From positions 94,872 through 158,871 of the forward strand of contig NW_005434537.1 of NCBI RefSeq assembly GCF_000315625.1: a stretch of 64,000 nt of DNA. Direction: 5' to 3'. Position 1 is the stretch's first letter, and each line of letters opens with the position of its first letter. Shown here one piece after another: positions 1 to 8,757 of the stretch. The stretch is from Guillardia theta CCMP2712. Lineage: Eukaryota; Protista; Cryptophyta. The notes under the pieces are model-generated. The model was not told the DNA's origin and ran no database searches. It saw only the letters and a program-made list of their open reading frames with translations. The position numbers and the translations under genes were made by a program.

Positions 1-578
1 GTGAGAGTTTTCGACGAGCCCGAGCTGAGCATAGTGAGCCGCATGCTCGCGGCCTACTACAACTTCGAGAGCGACCGGGTCGAAGATCCGCTTTCCGACC
101 CCTTCTACAAATCGAGCCTGTGGAACACATGCGTCTTTGCTCAGGAGCCTGATGGCTCTATCATGCCAGTCGATGGCTCTAGGAAGAAGAACAGACAAGA
201 GGAGGATGACCCAGGTGAGTCACATGGGTGTATTTATTCCGAATGCGACGAACACACACCGAAATAATAGAGACGAGCATGGAGGCAGAGAGGGAGAGCG
301 CGACAGACCTGGTGAGGGGAAAACTGCATGACATCATGCTCCCCGCAGCCCCGCTCAAGACGACGCAGCTGCGCGAAAAGCTCATGGACCTCAACACCGA
401 CACATCCAAGATATGCTTAGAGTACCTTGATTCTTGCCAGAACGTCCGCATGATCGATCTCATGACCATATGCCACATACTGAATAGGGAGCAGCTCTAC
501 ATCCTCGAGGACGAAGAGTCCGTTGTGGAGGAGGACTTCCTGCGGTCGCTGGAGAGCATCGTGTCTATCGGAGAGTGA
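1..578 (+). CDS. Hypothetical viral protein, 5'-partial, two exons (1-214, 271-578) with a 56-nt spliceosomal intron
   Basis: CAG|GTGAGT donor at 215 and AATAG| acceptor at 270. Splicing joins ORF 1..267 to ORF 228..578 in frame (DDP-E-TSME). The intron is AT-richer than the flanking exons. Confidence 0.65.
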
Positions 579-592
579 CCATACAGGCGCCC

Positions 593-1876
593 TTAAACGC
601 TGAACACCGCCGACTGGGCGATGAGAATGATGGCCAAAAACGCCTTGGAGAACGTGCTCAGCATATTGTAGGCATACTCCCGTCGGTAACCGGAGGCCTT
701 ATTTTCCTCATCCTGGATGAAGTGGAAGTAGATCTGCGCCGCGGCGAAGGTGAAGAAAAGAACTAACTCGAAAATATAGATAAGGAGTGGAAAGACTGTG
801 TAGCTGAAAAGGTTCTTGTTATTGAGGCAGTTGAATTTCCCCATGTAGTCTCCAAAAAGGCTGTTGCCGATGTAGAACCATATCATCACGAATAAGTACA
901 TCCCGAATAAGAACGCCAGCCCCTTCACGTAATCCATTATCTTCTTCAGGTCCTTCGGGTCCACCCCCTGTGCCCCCCGTAATGCACTCATCTCACTCCC
1001 AATCGTCCTGTAAGCAGGCCTGACCACCGGCCCCTTCTGCCACGGCATGTTAAGCCGCACGGGGACGATAACCGCGCTCGTGCGGTCGGAACCCCACACC
1101 CCCCTGAATGCCATCTCACTCTCTTCTGTGTTGTTGTTGTATTCTCCGGGCTCGATTTTCTCATCCGGAATGCTTTCCGTATCCTTCAAGTGGCACTCCT
1201 TCGAGGCCACGTAGTCCGCCGCCTCGACGACATACCCTAGGAAGCACATCACCGACTGCGCAAGGGACACGAAGGTCAGCACCCACACGTCCGTCGTCCC
1301 AGTGTAGAGGCAGATCACGATGATCATTGAGGAGGACGAGAGCGCGTACTCGATCCAGCGATCGTAGCGGGGCAGGCCCTTCTGAAGCGCGTCTATGAAT
1401 GCACCCAACATGATCGCCCTGTAGAGATCGTGATACAGATGAAGAACAGGATGAAGAAACTGACAGGGAAGAAGTACGTCTGCGAAGATCGTGATACAGA
1501 TGAAGAACAGGATGAAGAAACTGACAGGGAAGAAGTACGTCTCCACCACCCTGGGCTGGTACATCCAGGGGTCGGAAGAGCCCCACCGCACCTCGTAAGG
1601 AGGCGGAGTATTGACACCACAGCGGTCCAAATCAGGATGGCTCCCCGCCTGCGGCACCGTGATCATGCTGGCATTCCACAGGAGCGGCACCGTGCGCGTC
1701 GTCGGGGGTGTGCGGATTCGATTCATCGCCAGAAGGACGATGAAAGCGATTAGAAGGAGTCCATGAATGAACGCATTGAACAGATTGCGGTTTCTGGAGT
1801 ACCGCAACCTATCATCTTCTTTTACCTCTGCGCCCTCGAAAGCAAAGATCATCTTGAAATCATTCCCCAACCCCAT
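593..1876 (-). CDS. Heliorhodopsin (viral type) with a long TM4-TM5 loop and a templated insertion after TM2
   Basis: TM1 NAFIH, TM3 RWIEYALSSSSM, TM7 EYAYNMLSTFSKAFL (SxxxK retinal-binding Lys); seven hydrophobic segments. First ATG at 1876; the ORF is open to 1906. Confidence 0.9.
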   Translation of the reverse strand: MGLGNDFKMIFAFEGAEVKEDDRLRYSRNRNLFNAFIHGLLLIAFIVLLAMNRIRTPPTTRTVPLLWNASMITVPQAGSHPDLDRCGVNTPPPYEVRWGSSDPWMYQPRVVETYFFPVSFFILFFICITIFADVLLPCQFLHPVLHLYHDLYRAIMLGAFIDALQKGLPRYDRWIEYALSSSSMIIVICLYTGTTDVWVLTFVSLAQSVMCFLGYVVEAADYVASKECHLKDTESIPDEKIEPGEYNNNTEESEMAFRGVWGSDRTSAVIVPVRLNMPWQKGPVVRPAYRTIGSEMSALRGAQGVDPKDLKKIMDYVKGLAFLFGMYLFVMIWFYIGNSLFGDYMGKFNCLNNKNLFSYTVFPLLIYIFELVLFFTFAAAQIYFHFIQDEENKASGYRREYAYNMLSTFSKAFLAIILIAQSAVFSV

Positions 1877-1957
1877 ATGGTCACCTGCGATCCCTTCCTT
1901 CCCCACACTTACCCAAGCCCGCGTTTTATATGAAGTGAGTAACTCACAATACCCTCC

Positions 1958-3421
1958 TCAGTCAATCTTGAGCCCCGCGCTGAAGTCCACCGTTGGGAGC
2001 ACCGCGTTCATCGGCTGGGAGAAGGCGAAATGCTGGTTGCCGCTCTGGTGCCCCTGCTGCTCCAGTCGTCTCCTCCGGAAGTCGTCGAACTCCGACCCAG
2101 TAGGGTCGTAGTTGAAGACCGAGCCCACCATCATGATGAACTGGAGGGTAAGCACACTGCTGAGGAAGTAGAGGTGAGGGTACGTGTTGACGTGGCCGGA
2201 AACCCCCGGAGCGAAGAGCCTCTCCCTGTGGCCGAGCGCCGCGTCCTGGTCCCTGAACAAGAAGAGCAGCAGCGCGGTCATCTGGAGGGCGAGGTTCATT
2301 AGGATGTAAATCGGCACTGTCATCGGGTATTTTGTCAGCGGGAAGTGCTGGTACCCATAGTCGCCCAGGGCCTGAAGCAAGAAGCAGACCACCAGGGACC
2401 CGTTCATGATCCCGAACACGAGGTAGAATTGGTTCCAGATCCCATAGCGGTCACCCGTTTCGGCCATCCAGGGCGTCGACCTCACGTCACACACCACCGT
2501 GCCGTGATTGGCCGCCATCTGCAGCAGCAGTGTCATCGCCGTGAGGTGGAAGGTGAAGCTCGTGTGGACGAAGACGCGGTTGCCCCTCGTCCTCATGGTC
2601 GTCGCGGCGGAGAGGAAGAGGTAGAGCAGCACGATGATGGTCAGCAGCACCGTCCAGAGTACAAAATAAAGGTCCTGCCACGGAAACATGACCGGGAACA
2701 GCAGCTTGGCCAGCTGCTCGTTCACCGAGAGCGTATCTCTCGCCCCAATGACCAGAGAACCGTAGAAGATCCATGTGACGGTCACCGCCAACACCGCCGT
2801 CAGCGCCCCGTTGACGACGGACTGGAAGCGGTGGTCCGTGATCTTCATCTTGTTTTCGACGAAGGTGGCCAGCACCATGCCTACCACCATCAGCGCCGTG
2901 GCCAACGCGACCGAGCCCAGCGCCCAGAACGTCAGCGTGGGCACCGAGCCCGTGGGGTTGCTGGTGAAGCCACCCAGGGCAGTAAAGGTGGCATATGTGA
3001 AGAGCACCAAGACAGAGATCTCCACCACCCATACAAAGATCCGAGAGGGGGCGAAGGTGCGGTTGACCTTGTCCAGCGCCTCATCTAGTTTCATCTCCTC
3101 TTTCTCCATACCCAGCTCGTCATCCATGGAAGGATCATTGATGGGAGCATTCATGGGAGCATTCAGGGGGGTGTTCAAAGAAGTATTCATGGAAGCCATA
3201 AGAACTCTGTCCCGAGGGCGCCGGATCCTTGGAAACAGCGCACCGAGGTTGGACTTCATGGGATCTTCGGACAGGGCCGTTTCCGGCTGGGGCGGGGTGT
3301 TCCGTTTTCGGGTGTACTGTAAGGGAATGCGTAGCACGCCAGGTGACGTCGGGTGCGACCTTCGGCGGAGGACCAGTTTCCCGGGCACCACCTCCTCGCG
3401 CGGGAGCCCACCACCCTGCAT
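1958..3421 (-). CDS. Multi-pass membrane protein of unknown function
   Basis: 487-aa ORF with about 8 hydrophobic segments; the true start is probably a downstream Met. Confidence 0.7.
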   Translation of the reverse strand: MQGGGLPREEVVPGKLVLRRRSHPTSPGVLRIPLQYTRKRNTPPQPETALSEDPMKSNLGALFPRIRRPRDRVLMASMNTSLNTPLNAPMNAPINDPSMDDELGMEKEEMKLDEALDKVNRTFAPSRIFVWVVEISVLVLFTYATFTALGGFTSNPTGSVPTLTFWALGSVALATALMVVGMVLATFVENKMKITDHRFQSVVNGALTAVLAVTVTWIFYGSLVIGARDTLSVNEQLAKLLFPVMFPWQDLYFVLWTVLLTIIVLLYLFLSAATTMRTRGNRVFVHTSFTFHLTAMTLLLQMAANHGTVVCDVRSTPWMAETGDRYGIWNQFYLVFGIMNGSLVVCFLLQALGDYGYQHFPLTKYPMTVPIYILMNLALQMTALLLFLFRDQDAALGHRERLFAPGVSGHVNTYPHLYFLSSVLTLQFIMMVGSVFNYDPTGSEFDDFRRRRLEQQGHQSGNQHFAFSQPMNAVLPTVDFSAGLKID

Positions 3422-3497
3422 TTCATGTCTACACTTACTTTACTAATTTTAATAGGCACACACCCACGTTAGCAACACACAAGTTACACAAATCAAA

Positions 3498-4385
3498 TTA
3501 TACACAGGACTTGACACACTCCTTGACTGTCTCCATCGCCCGGAACGCATACTGTTCGCACTCGAGCGTCCAATGCAGGCGGCTCTTGAAGGACACACGG
3601 ACGCACAGGATGCCCCTCCGCGTCAGGGTGCAGTTGAATGTACTGCAGTTGTCGACCCACTTGCGCGGGAGGTCGGGGAACATGCCGGGCATGTCCTGCA
3701 CGCTGAAGATGATGACGTTGTAGTGCTGCTCGGTGCGGCACATGAACCGGACGCAGTCGGGCCATCGCATGTTGAACAGGCGCTGCAGCATGCCCATCTC
3801 CGAAGTGTCCACATACCGGCCGACGTGGCAGTTGGCCCCGATCATGTTGACGGTGATGACGGGCTCCGAGCACAGCTCCTCCACCAGCGAAGACTGCAGC
3901 GTCGCAACGACATCCCGGGTGCTCCTGAACCCCCTGAAGAGCACGCTGGGCATCCCATCCTGATGCTGCAGGTTGCCGCTCAGGTGGTAGAGGTTGGACA
4001 TGCGCCCGAAGCAGTTGACGTACACATCCAGGCACGCCCTGTACTCCGGCTTGAAGACGTCTTTCGTCTTGACGTTCGTGCTGCAGGAAACACCCCGAAG
4101 GTCCATCTTCCCACTCATGTTGTGGACGCGGAAGGATGACTCCTCCTGGTGGAAGTACTGGCTCGTCATGAGATCGTAGAAAGGGCCCCAGGCGACCAGG
4201 GCCTGCGGAACGTCCCCGTTGCTGAACCCACCGGTCATATCGATGTCCAGGCCCACCGTGTAGCCATCCTTACCCTCGGAGCCCTGCACCGTCGCCTGCA
4301 ACTGCAGGCCGCCCACCTCCACGCGGAAGGCCGTCGCGTCATCCCTGGCCCACACCCTCCTGTAGATCCTCATCGTCCCCCCCAT
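3498..4385 (-). CDS. Divergent TATA-binding-protein (TBP)-like protein
   Basis: Two TBP-repeat-like segments. FRVHNMSGKMDL and VITVNMIGANCHVG resemble KIQNMVGSCDV; VLFRGFRS resembles VCTGAKS; CTLTRRGILCV resembles LIFVSGKVVL. Confidence 0.5.
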   Translation of the reverse strand: MGGTMRIYRRVWARDDATAFRVEVGGLQLQATVQGSEGKDGYTVGLDIDMTGGFSNGDVPQALVAWGPFYDLMTSQYFHQEESSFRVHNMSGKMDLRGVSCSTNVKTKDVFKPEYRACLDVYVNCFGRMSNLYHLSGNLQHQDGMPSVLFRGFRSTRDVVATLQSSLVEELCSEPVITVNMIGANCHVGRYVDTSEMGMLQRLFNMRWPDCVRFMCRTEQHYNVIIFSVQDMPGMFPDLPRKWVDNCSTFNCTLTRRGILCVRVSFKSRLHWTLECEQYAFRAMETVKECVKSCV

Positions 4386-4847
4386 GTTGAAGACGAGGAC
4401 GTATTGCGCGTTCTTGCCCTGCGCATCCACCTTCCGCTCACCGTGGCTGGTCTTCAGGCGCTTCCGAAAACATGACCTCGCGGACAACCTTGTCGTATCG
4501 GAGGCAAGATCCAAGGAAGCACCGAGACGCACAGTCCCACCTCGCATCCTCCACCGTCACAAGGGCACCGGTCGGGTTGAAGAGGGAGAAGTGGACCGGC
4601 TCGGAAACCAGGACCTCCACCACGCTCAGCTCACCGCGTGGCGCCAGGACGATGCGATGCAGCCCCACCCAGCGGAGGATCTGCCCCTGCAATTCCATAG
4701 GGGCGCAACGCGCGTTACCCCTCCCTGCACGCCGCCCCTCCCAGCACCCCTCCCCTACTTTTTTTTTTCCAAACCAAACCCGACCAAAAAAAAAAGCGCG
4801 GGAAAGCGGGCCCGTGAAGGGTTCCTTGGCGCCCAACCCATGGGGGG

Positions 4848-5201
4848 ATGCGGTCTTTTGTGATCTTCCTTTGCATGTGCCTTCTGTGTGCTCCATCCAG
4901 AAGCTGCCACGTCCTGGTCAAGGGCATATCGACGGTCCTGCGCGAGAACATCGTCTACAGCAAGCGTGAAATGCGCCAGTGCCTAAACCATATCATCCAC
5001 TGCCCGCACTGGCACCGCAACTGCAAGGAGAACGCACACCACCAGAGGGTGCTGCTGCAGCCAGAGAGCATCGACTTCCTCGTAAAATCGGGATTGTATG
5101 CAGAGCTCATGGAGCTGGGTATCCGGGGAGGGCATCCTTCCCCGAATTGTGACAAGCCCCTTTCACACTGCAGGCCTCCCCAGGGCCCGTCCCCCGCCTA
5201 G
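4848..5201 (+). CDS. Small secreted hypothetical protein
   Basis: N-terminal signal-peptide-like stretch; GC-rich third codon positions. Confidence 0.5.
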   Translation: MRSFVIFLCMCLLCAPSRSCHVLVKGISTVLRENIVYSKREMRQCLNHIIHCPHWHRNCKENAHHQRVLLQPESIDFLVKSGLYAELMELGIRGGHPSPNCDKPLSHCRPPQGPSPA

Positions 5202-5843
5202 GGTCCAGGCGGGCATCGCCAGGCGGTTGGCGTGGAGATTCTGACCTATGTGTAACGACGCGTTCGTGGTCTTCTTGTCTTCCGCCTTCACGTCGGTCTT
5301 GGGAGAATGGCTGGGAGAATGATTGCCCAGAAGGAATACCATCAGCACCCCAGACACCGATATCACCAGCAGGACCTGGAACACGACGAGCTCCACCTCC
5401 CGCATGTTCTGCCGCGTCACGAACCTCCTGCTCACCGGGTCGTACACCACCTGCACGTCGTTGTAGAAGTCGGCGTCGTGCAGCGTCTGCGAGTGGAAGT
5501 TCCCCATGACTGCCAGGAGTACCAGCCTCACCAACTCCCCGTCATGGAAGAGACTCGCGTTGCGGATGTCCTCCAAACTGCCCAAGGAGGAGAAGTTCCC
5601 GGAAATCGACAGCAGCTCCCCGTACACCGCGGAGAGCACCACCGGGTCGACGGAGCTCTGCACCGTGCTCCCGTCCCGCACCACGAAGATCCTCTGCACC
5701 TCCGACACCACCACGGGGGACAGAGTGCCGAAGAAGGACGACGGGGTTGCCTGCGATGCAGCACCGGAGTCGACAGAGAGGCAGAGCAAAAGCAGAATAA
5801 AGAAACCTTGCATCCACACCAAACAAAATACACCAAGTCGCAT
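5163..5843 (-). CDS. Type I membrane protein, hypothetical
   Basis: Signal peptide (MQGFFILLLLCLSV) and a C-terminal TM helix (LVVFQVLLVISVSGVLMVFLL). Confidence 0.65.
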   Translation of the reverse strand: MRLGVFCLVWMQGFFILLLLCLSVDSGAASQATPSSFFGTLSPVVVSEVQRIFVVRDGSTVQSSVDPVVLSAVYGELLSISGNFSSLGSLEDIRNASLFHDGELVRLVLLAVMGNFHSQTLHDADFYNDVQVVYDPVSRRFVTRQNMREVELVVFQVLLVISVSGVLMVFLLGNHSPSHSPKTDVKAEDKKTTNASLHIGQNLHANRLAMPAWTLGGGRALGRPAV

Positions 5844-5905
5844 CCTATTTGGCTTAAATGCGGGCTGCCATATAAGATGTTATTATGGGCGTGAGGTAAA
5901 GGAAG

Positions 5906-6148
5906 ATGGACCCACCTACTGCAGAACCAGTCTATCCACCCCAACAACTAATGATTCACAACCATCACATTTACCATCACACGGTTGACCAGTCTCATGA
6001 AAACAGCAATGTTCTCCTTCAATCCATCTTATGTTGTCTCTTCTTTGGCTGTCCATGGAATTTGCTCCTTTGCCAAGCGGAACCCACCAGGAGACGTACA
6101 ATCTCGGTGCATCAAACTCACTATAATCAATACCCGCACAATCAATAA
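5906..6148 (+). CDS. Small Pro/His/Cys-rich hypothetical protein
   Basis: 80-aa ORF with a hydrophobic Cys-rich core (ILCCLFFGCPW) and a TATA-like motif upstream. Confidence 0.35.
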   Translation: MDPPTAEPVYPPQQLMIHNHHIYHHTVDQSHENSNVLLQSILCCLFFGCPWNLLLCQAEPTRRRTISVHQTHYNQYPHNQ

Positions 6149-6253
6149 AAAAAGAGTATATCCACCTACATCGTTGTCCCATTCCTTGCCCACCCCATCC
6201 CTCACCCTCCCTCCAACACGTCTTCGCAGCCTAGGCCAGAGAGGCGGGGCCCA

Positions 6254-6484
6254 GTGAACCCCATCCTGCGCCACCTGCTCACCGAAGCCTCCGGGATCAA
6301 GAGCGCCAGGGTCGAGGAGCACGTCAGGCTCGTCCAGGAGCGCAAGCGACAAGAACTCCGCGACTACATCATCGTCTGCATCCAGAGGCTCGACCCCCAG
6401 AGGCCCTCCCTCCTCCCGCCTCCCGACCACCACTCCAACGTGCACGCCATCATGGAGGAGACGCTCCGGAGGTGGAAGGATTAA
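6254..6484 (+). CDS. Small hypothetical protein, possibly 5'-truncated
   Basis: Coding-like GC3 bias; no upstream ATG in frame. Confidence 0.35.
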   Translation: MNPILRHLLTEASGIKSARVEEHVRLVQERKRQELRDYIIVCIQRLDPQRPSLLPPPDHHSNVHAIMEETLRRWKD

Positions 6485-6515
6485 TAGAGAATAAGACAAG
6501 AAGACACCACAGGAA

Positions 6516-7013
6516 ATGCTCGCCTTCGACATCGAGACCATGGGCCTCAGCATGCACCACCACGAAATCACTGTCGCCGCCGTCTACGACCCAACCAAGG
6601 GCATCCGCCACTGCTACAACTTCTACAGGCACCGCCACGACCGCACCAGGTGGCAGCGCGAGGTGGACGATTTCCTACGCATCCTCGACGAGGCCCGCAC
6701 CCTCTGCACCTTCAACGGCATCCGTTTCGACATCCCCTTCATCCAGACACAGTTCAAGGTCGACCCGGAGAGGGTGGGCCGCTGGGTGCTCAAGACCGTC
6801 GACCTCTTCCACCGCTGGAAGCTCCTCCGCGACCACACCTTCTCCCTCGACAAGCTCCTCATCGCCAACGGCCTCCCCGTCAAGACATCCAAGGGCTGCT
6901 TCGCCATCGATATGGCCAGGCAGCAGCGCTGGGACGAGCTTGAGGACTACTGCATGAACGACACCGTCCTCACCCACCTCGTCTCGTCCAAGGAGAGGCT
7001 CGTCATACCCTGA
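6516..7013 (+). CDS. DEDDy 3'-5' exonuclease (RNase_H_2/YprB-like)
   Basis: ExoI AFDIET, ExoII TFNGIRFDIPF, VDL..SLD, ExoIII YCMNDT. Confidence 0.88.
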   Translation: MLAFDIETMGLSMHHHEITVAAVYDPTKGIRHCYNFYRHRHDRTRWQREVDDFLRILDEARTLCTFNGIRFDIPFIQTQFKVDPERVGRWVLKTVDLFHRWKLLRDHTFSLDKLLIANGLPVKTSKGCFAIDMARQQRWDELEDYCMNDTVLTHLVSSKERLVIP

Positions 7014-7055
7014 AGTTATTAAAATTCGAACTTTATTCTCGTGTACGTACAAGCT

Positions 7056-8306
7056 CTACTTGGAGTACTTCTTGGAAAGCATAACCTTGTGCTGATAGTC
7101 GAACTCAGAGATCCAGTAATTGAACAACACCGTCTCAATTGCCTCTCCGGTGTTGTTCTTCTTGAACTCCTCTGTGTACACCTCCGACCCGTCGGCCCTG
7201 CGCTTGTTCCCCGGATTGGACGGTTTCCAGCCAACAGCCCTGAAGTCCACAAAATGCTGGTCCTTCTCGCTGAGCAGCACAAGCCATTCTAGCTTCTTGA
7301 TCCTCTTTTCCTGCAACTTCCAATCATCGAGAGTTGGGGTGGGAGCACAAATGATTTCGATGAACTTTCCCAGAACAGAACCATGAAACTTCATAGGCTT
7401 TAGCATTCCTTTCCAAAGCATCTTGAAGGTCTTGTGTACAAACTTGTCATCGAGCGACACGTTGTTCAGGATACGGAAGAAATGGCACCACGTCTTTGCA
7501 TCGTTCGTACTCTTGTAGAGAGCTTTCAGTCCTTTTTCCTCACCGGTCAGCTCTTTGTTCTTCACCCTGAGGACAGATGCCAGGAACATGGAGACACCAA
7601 CTTTGACGTAGGTATTCTCGTAGCAGGGAACATCTGGCTTCTCCTCGTTCGATCGAAGGATGTCCAACATACCCAGGATAACATCCCTGGCAAGCTTATT
7701 GCGCAGCTCCTTGCACTTCGCGACCTGCTCATCCGGCGGGGCATCGTTGACCTTGGAGACATATATCCAGGCTATCTCGGTCATCTCATTCAGATTCTTG
7801 TACTTGGCCACGGTCACTTTGTTCACAGCGTCATCGTCGGTAGGATCAACACCCGTATTCTCACGGATAGAGATGATGTAGTTGCGATATGAAATTTTGC
7901 AATCTGTCTTGATCTGCTCAAACTTTTCCCAGCACATCTTTCCAAGCTGGTCAAAGTCGATCTCATACTCTGGTTCAAACTCCACTTCCTGCCATTGCTG
8001 GAATACCGGCGACTGACCCTGCTGACCCTCTGCGGAGTAACCGTCCTCTGGAGTTGGTGTCTCTTCATCTTCTTCCAACACTTGCGTCTCCTTATCGTCT
8101 TCCTCCTCCAGAATCTGCGTCTCGTTATCCAAATCCACCATCTTCTCACTGACGGGAGAAGGACTTGGAGTCGGGGTCGGTGGTATGATGTAGCACTGCT
8201 TCTTCATTTCATAGGGTATCTTATCGACGTAATCCCTAGGATCAAATCCCTGAAGCTCGATCTTGTAATCGTACAACGAAAGGTCTAGCAAGATATTGAT
8301 AAACAT
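7056..8306 (-). CDS. Hypothetical protein with an acidic low-complexity region
   Basis: Long ORF; ATG at 8306 is preceded by TATTTAA about 33 nt upstream. Confidence 0.6.
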   Translation of the reverse strand: MFINILLDLSLYDYKIELQGFDPRDYVDKIPYEMKKQCYIIPPTPTPSPSPVSEKMVDLDNETQILEEEDDKETQVLEEDEETPTPEDGYSAEGQQGQSPVFQQWQEVEFEPEYEIDFDQLGKMCWEKFEQIKTDCKISYRNYIISIRENTGVDPTDDDAVNKVTVAKYKNLNEMTEIAWIYVSKVNDAPPDEQVAKCKELRNKLARDVILGMLDILRSNEEKPDVPCYENTYVKVGVSMFLASVLRVKNKELTGEEKGLKALYKSTNDAKTWCHFFRILNNVSLDDKFVHKTFKMLWKGMLKPMKFHGSVLGKFIEIICAPTPTLDDWKLQEKRIKKLEWLVLLSEKDQHFVDFRAVGWKPSNPGNKRRADGSEVYTEEFKKNNTGEAIETVLFNYWISEFDYQHKVMLSKKYSK

Positions 8307-8401
8307 TTCGATGCGTGACCCGACCGCTACACCAGGCTTTAAATACACTCTCTGTCTATTTAAAAAAAAAAAACAGAAAAAAACCAACAGAAAAAAAAAT
8401 A

Positions 8402-8659
8402 ATGCCCACCCTCCCGGACACCCTCCGCGCAGCCACCCTCCTGGCCTCCTTCGGCCTCTTCGTCGTGCTCCCGCTCTACACCCCGCTGGGGATCGCCCCC
8501 GCCATCGCCGGGGCCCTGCGCAACCAGGCGGGTCTCGACGCCTCCCAGTCCGGCCTCTACCGTAACGTCTACATCTCCACCGTGGGCCTCTTCGTCCTCT
8601 CCCTCTACGTCACCGGGTGCAAGTTCATAAACCCTTCATTGGAAACAAAAGATAATTAG
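8402..8659 (+). CDS. Small membrane protein, possibly 3'-truncated
   Basis: ATG after TATTTAA and a poly-A spacer; two hydrophobic segments; abrupt composition change near 8635. Confidence 0.45.
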   Translation: MPTLPDTLRAATLLASFGLFVVLPLYTPLGIAPAIAGALRNQAGLDASQSGLYRNVYISTVGLFVLSLYVTGCKFINPSLETKDN

Positions 8660-8757
8660 ATAGCAAAGGTCAGCGAGCTCGACATCCCGCTGTACACGTC
8701 CGCGAACGTCGTCGCCTGGATAGCGACCGGGTTGAGATAAGCAGGGAAATTCAGGTT

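Noticed and set aside
1425-1542. Intron created by the heliorhodopsin duplication
   Set aside because: The GT-AG pairs I tested within the duplication did not restore the reading frame.
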